In this document: in pieces, positions 53,198-61,125 of the stretch | How the letters are laid out: every line of letters starts with the position of its first letter | Position numbering within the stretch: position 1 is the stretch's first letter | From: Planctomycetota bacterium | GTDB lineage: Bacteria > Planctomycetota > B15-G4 | DNA length: 61,125 nucleotides | Direction: 5' to 3' | NCBI GenBank assembly: GCA_038212275.1 | Contig: JBBQUR010000026.1 | Location: 1-61,125, forward strand | The notes under the pieces: model-generated | The model's input: the letters and a program-made list of their open reading frames with translations, nothing else | Told to the model about the DNA's origin: nothing | The model's database searches: none | Program-made: the position numbers and the translations under genes

Positions 53198-56155
53198 ATG
53201 CGCACGCGTCGTCCGGCTCTCGCACTCCTTCTGTCCGCCCTGCTGTCCGCCGCCCCGCTCACGGCGCAGGAGGCACGCGACGCGCACGCCGGCCCCGCGG
53301 CGCACGCCGCAGCAGAGGCGCAGGCGGAGCAAGCGGCCGACGCCCCGACCGGCACCGGCACCGACGCCGACGCCGCGACGAGCGCGCCGGGCGTCGCGAA
53401 GGGCGTGAGCGTGCGCAAGGGAACCGGACGCTTTGCCTTCGAGGAGAGCGTGCTGGAGAACGGGCTGCGCGTCGTGTCGCTTGAGGATCACAGCACGCCC
53501 ATCGTCGCGGTGCAGCTCTGGTACCACGTCGGCAGCAAGAACGAGCAGCCCGACCGGCAGGGCTTCGCGCACATGTTCGAGCACATGATGTTCCGCGGCA
53601 CGGACCGCCTGGGACCCAAGGACCACTTCGACTACATCCGCAGCTGCGGCGGCAACTGCAATGCCTTCACGGCCTTCGACCAGACCGTGTACGTGCAGGA
53701 GCTGCCGGCCAACCAGCTGCCGATGGTGCTGTGGCTGGAAGCGGAGCGCATGTCGGCGCTGAAGATCGACGAGGGCGGCTTCCACACCGAGCGCAAGGTC
53801 GTGGAGGAGGAGCGGCGCCTCGGGCTCAACCAGCCCTACGGCGACGTGCTCGAGAAGCTGCTCGCCAGCCTGTTCACCGAGCAGAGCTATCGCTGGTCGC
53901 CCATCGGGCAGATCGAGCACCTCGAAGCGAGCACGCCCGACGACATCCAGAAGTTCTGGGACACGTATTACGTGCCGAACAACGCCACGCTCGTCGTCGT
54001 GGGCGACGTCACGCACGAGCAGGTGCGCACGCTGGCGCAGCAGAGCTTCGGCTGGATTCCGCGTTGCGCGGACCCGCCGCGCCCCACCGCGCAGGATCCC
54101 GAGCAGAAGGAACTGCGCCGCGTCGAGATCGAGCCGCAGAACGGCCCGGTGCCCATCGCCGGCATCGCCTTCCGCACGGTGCCGCAGGGCCATCCGGACG
54201 CGGTCGCACTGGACATGCTCATGTCCATCATGGGCGGAGGCGAGAGCAGCCGCGTCTACGTGGACCTCGTGCGCCGCAAGGAGATCGCCGTGGCGGGGCT
54301 GGGCATGTACGCCGGGCTCGAGCAGGCGGGCTTCGCCGCGGTCGTCGGCGTGCTGATGCCCTTCGGCAACACGCAGAAGGTCATGGACGCGCTGTGGGAG
54401 CAGGTCGACAAGGTCAAGGCCGACGGCGTCACGCCGGAGGAGCTGGCCAAGGCGCGCAAGCAGGCGCTGCGGGCCGACGTGGACCAGGCGCTCACCGTGG
54501 CGAGCAAGGCCAACGTGCTGGGCGAGGCCGCGACACTCTTCGGTGACACGCAGGAGGCCAACGAGCGCGTCAAGCGCATGGAGTCCGTGACGGCCGAGGA
54601 CCTCAAGCGTGTCGCCAACACCTACCTCGTGAAGGAGCACGCCACCGAGGTGATCATCAAGCCCGGCGTGCTCTCGGCGCTGCGCACACTGGTGTCCGCG
54701 ACGAGCGGCGCCGACACCAAGGCCAAGGACGAGCCGGCCGCCGAGGTCGAGGGCGGCGCACGCGCCAAGGCCGGAGGACCGAAGGCCGGTGCGAGGCCGC
54801 CGGCCGGCTACCCGGGCAAGCCGCCCGTCGCGCCGCCGCTGGCTGCGAAGATCGACATCGCCGGCAAGGAGCAGGTGCTCGACAACGGACTGCGCGTCGT
54901 CGTCGTGGAGAACCACGAACTGCCGCTCGTCTCGATGAGTCTGCGCCTTCGCGCCGGAGCCTTCACCGACGACCCCGCGCATCCGGGCACCGCGTCGATG
55001 GCCGCGAGCATGATCACCAAGGGCACGGTCGCGCACGGCGCGGAAGCGCTGGCGGCCGAGATGGAGCGCAGCGCGATCCAGCTCTCCGCCTCGGCCGACT
55101 CCGACGGCGCCGCGGTCTCCGCCTCCTCGCTGACGGTCGACGCCGAACAGGCCATGCGCATGCTCGCGGAGGTCGTCTCCGTACCGAAGTTCGACGCGAA
55201 GGAATTCAGGACGCTGCGCGACCAGACGGCCACAGGCATGGCCATCGCCGAGAAGACGCCGGCCGTCATGGCCGAGCGTCAATTCGACATGGCGCTCTGG
55301 GGCAGCCATCCCTACGGCCACCCCGCGGAAGGCACCAGCTCCGACCTCAAGGCGCTGACGCCGGAGGCGCTTGCCACGTGGTGGGCCACCTTCGTGCGGC
55401 CCGAAACCTCGGTGCTCTACATGGCCGGGGACATCACGCCCGAGACCGCTCACGAACTCGCCGAGCGCTACCTCGGCGACTGGGAAGCCGAGGGCGACGC
55501 CATCGAGGTGCCGCTGCCCGACCTGTCGCCGCCGGGCGGCATTCACATCCTGCTCGTGGACAAGCCCGGTGCGATCCAGAGCGAGATCATCGCGGGACAC
55601 GAGGGCATCACGCGCGCCAACCCGCTCTACGCGACGGGCGCCGTGCTGAGCCAGGTCTTCGGCGGCGCGTTCAGCAGCCGTCTCAACGACGTGATCCGCG
55701 TGCAGAAGGGGCTGACCTACGGCGCGAGCGGCGGGTTGTCCAGCCAGCGCTTCGGCGGCGAGTTCCGCGTGCGGACCTTCACGAAGACGCCGACGACGGC
55801 GGAGACGGTGCAGGCCGTGATCGACGAAGTGAAGCGCATGCGCAGCGAGCCGCCGAGCGACAAGGAACTGTCGTCCGCCGTGAGCTACCTCGTCGGCAGC
55901 TTCCCGGGCACGCTCGAAACGCCGCAGGCCGTGGCCGGCCGGCTCTGGATGCTGGACCTGAACCAGCTGCCGAAGAGCTACTGGAGCGACTACCTCGCCA
56001 GGATCGCCGCGACCTCCAGCGAGGACGTGGCGCACGCGGCGGACGAGCTGCTCGATCCGTCGCGACTCATCATCGTGGTCGTCGGCGACGCGGCCACCAT
56101 CAAGGAGAGCCTCGCGAAGATCGCGCCGGTCGAGGTCATCACCGAAGGCGGCTGA
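53198..56155 (+). CDS. M16 (pitrilysin/insulinase) zinc metallopeptidase, secreted, two-lobed
   Basis: Signal peptide; GFAHMFEHMMF (HxxEH), NAFT, second half LDNGLRV..SRLNDVIRVQKGLTYG. Confidence 0.93.
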   Translation: MRTRRPALALLLSALLSAAPLTAQEARDAHAGPAAHAAAEAQAEQAADAPTGTGTDADAATSAPGVAKGVSVRKGTGRFAFEESVLENGLRVVSLEDHSTPIVAVQLWYHVGSKNEQPDRQGFAHMFEHMMFRGTDRLGPKDHFDYIRSCGGNCNAFTAFDQTVYVQELPANQLPMVLWLEAERMSALKIDEGGFHTERKVVEEERRLGLNQPYGDVLEKLLASLFTEQSYRWSPIGQIEHLEASTPDDIQKFWDTYYVPNNATLVVVGDVTHEQVRTLAQQSFGWIPRCADPPRPTAQDPEQKELRRVEIEPQNGPVPIAGIAFRTVPQGHPDAVALDMLMSIMGGGESSRVYVDLVRRKEIAVAGLGMYAGLEQAGFAAVVGVLMPFGNTQKVMDALWEQVDKVKADGVTPEELAKARKQALRADVDQALTVASKANVLGEAATLFGDTQEANERVKRMESVTAEDLKRVANTYLVKEHATEVIIKPGVLSALRTLVSATSGADTKAKDEPAAEVEGGARAKAGGPKAGARPPAGYPGKPPVAPPLAAKIDIAGKEQVLDNGLRVVVVENHELPLVSMSLRLRAGAFTDDPAHPGTASMAASMITKGTVAHGAEALAAEMERSAIQLSASADSDGAAVSASSLTVDAEQAMRMLAEVVSVPKFDAKEFRTLRDQTATGMAIAEKTPAVMAERQFDMALWGSHPYGHPAEGTSSDLKALTPEALATWWATFVRPETSVLYMAGDITPETAHELAERYLGDWEAEGDAIEVPLPDLSPPGGIHILLVDKPGAIQSEIIAGHEGITRANPLYATGAVLSQVFGGAFSSRLNDVIRVQKGLTYGASGGLSSQRFGGEFRVRTFTKTPTTAETVQAVIDEVKRMRSEPPSDKELSSAVSYLVGSFPGTLETPQAVAGRLWMLDLNQLPKSYWSDYLARIAATSSEDVAHAADELLDPSRLIIVVVGDAATIKESLAKIAPVEVITEGG

Positions 56156-56233
56156 GCGCGGCGCGAGGTCGCGGCGCGAGGTCGCTGAGCGCGGCGCGAG
56201 CGCGCGGCGCCCCGGGTTGGCAGCGCCTTCGCC

Positions 56234-58339
56234 TCACGGTCGCGTCTGCAGGAGTTCCTGGAGATTGGCCTGCGCTGCGGCGTAGTCCGGGACCAGCTCC
56301 AGCGCGCGGCGCAGACACGACTCCGCTTCCGCCAGCGCGGCCGCGCGTGCGGCTGCGGTCGCAGTCGCAGGCGCGGGCGTGGGCGTGAGCGTGGGCGCGG
56401 ACTTGCCTTGGCCTCCCGCGTTGCCGGCGGGCGGCGCGGACAGCGATGTCGCGCGGTTGAGCAGCAGCCGCGCGAGGTTGTTGAGCGCCTCGGGAAAGTC
56501 GGGCCGGAGGCGCAGCGCGTCACGGAAGCTGCGCTCGGCCTCCTCGATGTCCCTCGCGGCGGCGTCCGTCGCGCCGTCGTCCGTCGCGGCGGCGCGGCCA
56601 GCCAGCGCGACGCCCAGCAGGTTCAGGGCGCCGGGCTGGCTGTCCATCGCCAGCGAACGCCGCAGGGACGTGATCGCGCCCTCGACATCGCCCTGCAGCA
56701 GCAGCAGTCGGCCCAGATTGGAGCGCGGCGCGGCCAGCTGCGGCGCGATGGCTGCGGCCTGCTCCAACTCGGCACGCGCCTCGTCGAGGCGACCGGCGTC
56801 GAGCAGCAGCAGGCCGAGGTTGTTGTGGGGATCGCCGTAGCCGGGATGCAGCGCGATGGCTGCGCGAAGGTGAGTCTCGGCGGCGGCCGTGTCGCCGGCG
56901 GCGAGCAGGGCGCCGCCCAGATTGTTCTGTGCCAGCCACGCCTCGGGAACCCGAGCGACGTTGTCGCCGAAGAGCGCGGCCTGGCTCGCGTAGAGCCCGG
57001 ACCGCTCGAAACTGGCTGCACCAAGCGCCAGCGTGGCCAGCGCGGCAAGCACGCAGCACGCGAGCCGCGCCGCCGTCGCGCCGGCAGCGCTGCGCCGCCG
57101 GACGCTTTCCACCAGGCGCTCGGCGCCGAACGCCACGAGCGCGCACGGCACGAGCAGCGCCGGGTATGCGTAGTGGTCCGACACCCGCGCAATGGCCATG
57201 TACGACATCTCGATGAGCCCGAGCGCAGGCAGCAGCAGCAGCGTGAAGGCGGCGAGCCCCGTGCCCGCGGCGCGCAGCGTCGCCACGCGCGACCGCAGCA
57301 GGACGATGAGGGCGAGCAGCAGCGCCGCCAGCGGCAGCCAGGCGCGCAGCGTGGCCGGGTCCACCGTCCAGCGCGCGTAGATCACGGTGAGATCCCGCGG
57401 CAGCAGCGCCTTGCCGACATACCACCACACGGCGCGCCCCGCGGCCGCAAGCCGCAACCACACGCTCTCGCTGCCTGCCAGTCCCGCGCCCAGCGTGCGC
57501 GTGTGCTGGAAGTGCACCGTGACCAGCCCGAGCACCAGCGAGACGGCGAAGAACGGCGCGCTGGCGACCAGCACGCGCCGACGCAGGCCCGGCGTGTTCG
57601 TGCCGCGCGCCCACCACCACGCGAGCAGCAGCAACACCACCGGCAGCATGACCAGCGCGCTCTTCGCCAGCAGCGCCAGCGTGAACGTGCAGACTCCGAG
57701 GCCGAGCGCGCGCCGCGAAGCACTCGCCAGCCACGACACCCAGGCTCGCGCCGCCAGCGCCGCGAGCAGCAGCGCGAGCACGTTCTTCGTCTCCGCGACC
57801 CACGCGACCGACGCCACCGTGAGCGGGTGCACCGCGAAGAGCAGCGCGCCCCACCATGCTGCGGCGAACGGTGCGGCGAAGGGCGCGGCGAAGGGCGCGG
57901 CGAAGGGCGCGCCTGTGTCCACGCCACGCCGGCCGGCGGCCGCCACCATGCCCGAGTCCGAGCCCGGCTCCTCGCGTCGGGACGCACACAGGCGCGCCCA
58001 GGCGACCAGCAGGCGCCAGCACGCCAGCACCGCGGCGGCGTGGAGCAGCAGCGTCACGGCGTGGAAGCCCGCGGCACTCGCGCCCCACAGCCGGAATTCC
58101 AGCCAGTAGAGCGAGGTCGTCAGCGGCAGGTATTCCTGCGGTGCGCGCCCGGCCCAGATCTCCGGCAAGCCGCCGAGCGACTGCACACAGCGGTTGAGCA
58201 CCAGGGCGTCGTCGTCCCAGAGCCAGCCGGCCCGCAACGAGGGCAGCTGCGCCAGCAACGTCGCCGCGACGAGCGCAAGGCCGGCGAGCCAGGCGCGGCG
58301 CGCACCGTCTGCACGACTTGCTGCGTCGTCGCTGGCCAT
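56234..58339 (-). CDS. Polytopic membrane protein with C-terminal TPRs (TMTC-like GT-C glycosyltransferase)
   Basis: WLWDDD, YLPLT, LFAVHP..SVAWVAE, LLAKS, DHYAY, then NNLG-type TPRs. Confidence 0.82.
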   Translation of the reverse strand: MASDDAASRADGARRAWLAGLALVAATLLAQLPSLRAGWLWDDDALVLNRCVQSLGGLPEIWAGRAPQEYLPLTTSLYWLEFRLWGASAAGFHAVTLLLHAAAVLACWRLLVAWARLCASRREEPGSDSGMVAAAGRRGVDTGAPFAAPFAAPFAAPFAAAWWGALLFAVHPLTVASVAWVAETKNVLALLLAALAARAWVSWLASASRRALGLGVCTFTLALLAKSALVMLPVVLLLLAWWWARGTNTPGLRRRVLVASAPFFAVSLVLGLVTVHFQHTRTLGAGLAGSESVWLRLAAAGRAVWWYVGKALLPRDLTVIYARWTVDPATLRAWLPLAALLLALIVLLRSRVATLRAAGTGLAAFTLLLLPALGLIEMSYMAIARVSDHYAYPALLVPCALVAFGAERLVESVRRRSAAGATAARLACCVLAALATLALGAASFERSGLYASQAALFGDNVARVPEAWLAQNNLGGALLAAGDTAAAETHLRAAIALHPGYGDPHNNLGLLLLDAGRLDEARAELEQAAAIAPQLAAPRSNLGRLLLLQGDVEGAITSLRRSLAMDSQPGALNLLGVALAGRAAATDDGATDAAARDIEEAERSFRDALRLRPDFPEALNNLARLLLNRATSLSAPPAGNAGGQGKSAPTLTPTPAPATATAAARAAALAEAESCLRRALELVPDYAAAQANLQELLQTRP

Positions 58340-58527
58340 GCGCCCAGTGTGACCGACGAGGCCGGTGTTCCACCACACGCTCCCGGCGGCGCGAGACGCC
58401 GCGGAGTTGCGCGCACTGGCCGCGTGCCCTAACTTCACGCGTGTTTCCGACGGCCTGCCCGCACGGGGCGGTGGCGCCACGCGGCGCCGCCACGCACCTC
58501 GATCCTCTTTCCGGAACTCCCGCCGCC

Positions 58528-60819
58528 ATGACCGACCTGCGCCCGATCGAAGCCCTGTACGCCACGCTCGCAGACCGTCATGCCCAGGAGCGCAAACGAT
58601 TCGGCCGCCCGCTCACGCTCAGCGAGAAGATCCTGCTCTCGCACCTCGGCGGCCCGGTCGGCGCGGACACGCCGCTGCCCGAGCGCGGCAAGACCTACAC
58701 CGACCTGCTGCCCGACCGTGTCGCGATGCAGGACGCGACCGCGCAGATGGCGCTGCTGCAGTTCGGCATGGCCGGCCGCGCGCGCGTCGCCGTCCCGTCC
58801 ACCGTGCACTGCGACCACCTCATCCGCGCGCGGGTGGGCAAGGACGCGGACCTCGCGGTGGCCAACGAGGAAAACGCCGAGGTCTACGCCTTCCTCAAGA
58901 GCGCCTCCGCGAAGTACGGCATCGGCTTCTGGGAGCCCGGCAGCGGCATCATCCATCAGGTCGTGCTGGAGAATTACGCCTTCCCCGGCGGCCTCATGAT
59001 CGGCACCGACAGCCACACGCCCAACGCGGGCGGCCTCGGCATGCTCGCCATCGGCGTCGGCGGCGCGGACGCGATGGAGGTCATGGCCGGGCTGCCCTTC
59101 AACGTGAAGTGGCCCAAGGCGATCGGCGTGAAGCTCACCGGCACGCTCGACGGCTGGAGCTCGCCCAAGGACGTCATCCTCAAGGTGCTCGAGATCCTCA
59201 CGGTGAAGGGCGGCACCGGCGCGATCGTGGAGTACTTCGGCCCCGGCGCCGACAGCATCTCGTGCACCGGCAAGGGCACCATCTGCAACATGGGCGCCGA
59301 GCACGGCGCGACCACGTCGGTCTTTCCCTTCGACGAGTCCATGGCGCGCTACCTGGAGAGCACGGACCGCGCGGATGTCGCGGCTCTCTCGCGCGCGCAC
59401 CGCGCCGCGTTGCGCGCCGACCCCGAGGTCGAGGCCGACCCGACGCGCTTCTTCGACCGCGTCATCGAGATCGACCTGTCCGCGCTGCCGCCGATGGTCG
59501 TCGGGCCGCACACGCCGGACCTCGCGCGCAAGCTGGACGAACTCAAGGCCGAGGTCGCCGCCAAGGGCTGGCCCGCGCCGCTGAAGGCCGCGCTCATCGG
59601 CTCGTGCACGAACAGCAGCTACGAGGACATGGAGCGCGCCGCCTCCATCGCCGGTCAGGCGAAGAAGCTGGGCCTCAAGCTGCGCACGCCGCTCATGGTC
59701 ACGCCGGGAAGCGACACGGTGGACCGCACCATCCGCCGCGACGGCCAGATGCAACTGCTCGCCGACATCGGCGCGACGGTGCTCGCGAACGCCTGCGGCC
59801 CGTGCATCGGGCAGTGGCAGCGCGACGACATCGCCAAGGGCGAGGTTAACTCCATCCTCACTTCCTACAACCGCAACTTCACGGGCCGCAACGACGGCAA
59901 TGCGGAGACGCTGGCCTTCATCTCGAGCCCCGAGGTCGTGGTGGCGCTGGCTCTGGCGGGCCGGCTCGACTTCGATCCGCGCCGCGATGCTCTCACCACG
60001 CCGGACGGGAAGTCGGTGCGCCTCACGCCGCCCACGGGCCGCGACCTGCCGCACAACGGCATGGCCACGAGCCTGCTGGGCTTCGCGCCGCCTCCGGCTG
60101 ACAGCAGCAAGCTGCCGCTCGTCGTTGCGCCTGACAGCAAGCGGCTGCAGCTGCTCGAGCCCTTCAAGCCGATCGCGCCGTCGCAGATGCAGGATCTGCC
60201 GCTGCTGCTGAAGGTCTCCGGCAAGTGCACCACGGATCACATCTCGGCCGCAGGCAAGTGGCTGAAGTTCCGCGGACACCTGCAGAACATCTCGGACAAC
60301 TGCTACATCGGCGCGACCAATGCCTTCACCGGCGAGGTCGGCGCTGGCCGCAACGCGCTGACCGGCGCGGAGCACGTGGCCTTCCCCGAGATCGCCAAGT
60401 CCTACAAGGCCGCGGGGCTCGGCTGGGTCGTCGTCGCCGACAGCAACTACGGCGAAGGCAGCTCGCGTGAGCACGCTGCGATGTCGCCGAGGTTCCTCGG
60501 CGGGCGCGTCATCATCGCCCGCAGCTTCGCGCGCATCGCGGAGACCAACCTCAAGAAGCAGGGCGCGCTGGCCCTCACCTTCAAGGATCCCGCCGCCTGG
60601 GAGCGCGTGCGCGAAGGCGACCGCCTCTCCTTCGCCGGCGTGGACAATCTCGCCCCGGGCAGCGTCGTCACCGTGACGGCGAAGCACGCCGATGGCACCT
60701 CCGACAGCTTCGAGTGCGTGCACAGCTTCAACGAACTGCAGATCGCCTGGTTCAAGGCGGGCTCGGCGCTGAATTTCCTGCGGGAGCAGAACCGGAGGGC
60801 AACGGTCGGGGCTTCCTGA
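58528..60819 (+). CDS. acn: Aconitate hydratase (mitochondrial-like type)
   Basis: DRVAMQDATAQMA, HCDHLI, GTDSHTPNAGG, IGSCTNSSYED, ANACGPCIGQW, CTTDHIS, GSSREHA. Confidence 0.96.
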   Translation: MTDLRPIEALYATLADRHAQERKRFGRPLTLSEKILLSHLGGPVGADTPLPERGKTYTDLLPDRVAMQDATAQMALLQFGMAGRARVAVPSTVHCDHLIRARVGKDADLAVANEENAEVYAFLKSASAKYGIGFWEPGSGIIHQVVLENYAFPGGLMIGTDSHTPNAGGLGMLAIGVGGADAMEVMAGLPFNVKWPKAIGVKLTGTLDGWSSPKDVILKVLEILTVKGGTGAIVEYFGPGADSISCTGKGTICNMGAEHGATTSVFPFDESMARYLESTDRADVAALSRAHRAALRADPEVEADPTRFFDRVIEIDLSALPPMVVGPHTPDLARKLDELKAEVAAKGWPAPLKAALIGSCTNSSYEDMERAASIAGQAKKLGLKLRTPLMVTPGSDTVDRTIRRDGQMQLLADIGATVLANACGPCIGQWQRDDIAKGEVNSILTSYNRNFTGRNDGNAETLAFISSPEVVVALALAGRLDFDPRRDALTTPDGKSVRLTPPTGRDLPHNGMATSLLGFAPPPADSSKLPLVVAPDSKRLQLLEPFKPIAPSQMQDLPLLLKVSGKCTTDHISAAGKWLKFRGHLQNISDNCYIGATNAFTGEVGAGRNALTGAEHVAFPEIAKSYKAAGLGWVVVADSNYGEGSSREHAAMSPRFLGGRVIIARSFARIAETNLKKQGALALTFKDPAAWERVREGDRLSFAGVDNLAPGSVVTVTAKHADGTSDSFECVHSFNELQIAWFKAGSALNFLREQNRRATVGAS

Positions 60820-61125
60820 GGGACGGCTCTGCTTCGCGGTCGCGCCGGGGGTGCTGACCGCGCTGGGGCCGAGGGAGAAGGTGAGTCGCTTGGGGCGGGG
60901 GGTGCGCGGGGCGGGAGGATTGTCCGGCGCTGCGCCCGTGGGGCGGACGGACGCGTTAAGGTTCCGGGAGCGGCGCCCTTCGCGCCGGACAAACCTCCCG
61001 TCCCGCGCTCGCCGAGGCAGGCTTTTCCGTGCCAGGCGAGGCGGTCAGCATCCCCGGCGCTTGCGCTTCTCGACGCCGTCGCTCGCCGCGCAGGTTGAAC
61101 GTAAGCACTGCGAGCGCGCCCGGCC

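Noticed and set aside
56155..56210. GCGCGGCGCGAG-type repeats between convergent genes as REP element or terminator
   Set aside because: Short GC-only duplications with no U-tract and no dispersed copies recognised.
60950..61110. Possible attC-like or other imperfect inverted-repeat element after aconitase
   Set aside because: Arm complementarity is weak, no integron integrase or second copy is present, and the window edge truncates the context.

Overview
Very GC-rich bacterial chromosomal window, probably Planctomycetota (inferred from the ECF sigma/Ser-Thr kinase pair, the type III PKS-methyltransferase-oxidoreductase triad, the prenyltransferase-repeat protein and several SGNH/TPR proteins). 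It holds about 41 credible CDSs and two tRNAs (His-GTG, Lys-CTT). The main blocks are a translationally coupled lhr-addB-addA-like DNA repair operon, a type III PKS cluster running into ybhP/clsB-like genes, a CoA-dependent (aromatic/beta-oxidation) catabolic cluster, an M16 peptidase and an aconitase. The most unusual part is a lower-GC islet of about 2.8 kb directly after tRNA-His. It contains an intact 472-aa protein with a C-terminal HEPN-like RxxxxH motif, two back-to-back fragments of a type I-G CRISPR-Cas locus (Cas8g/Cas3-extension-like C-terminus on the minus strand, Cas4-Cas1 fusion junction on the plus strand), and a repeat-spacer-degenerate repeat mini-array whose second repeat keeps a hairpin and the GTTGAAG end. 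All family calls come from motif recognition by eye; no database search was run.
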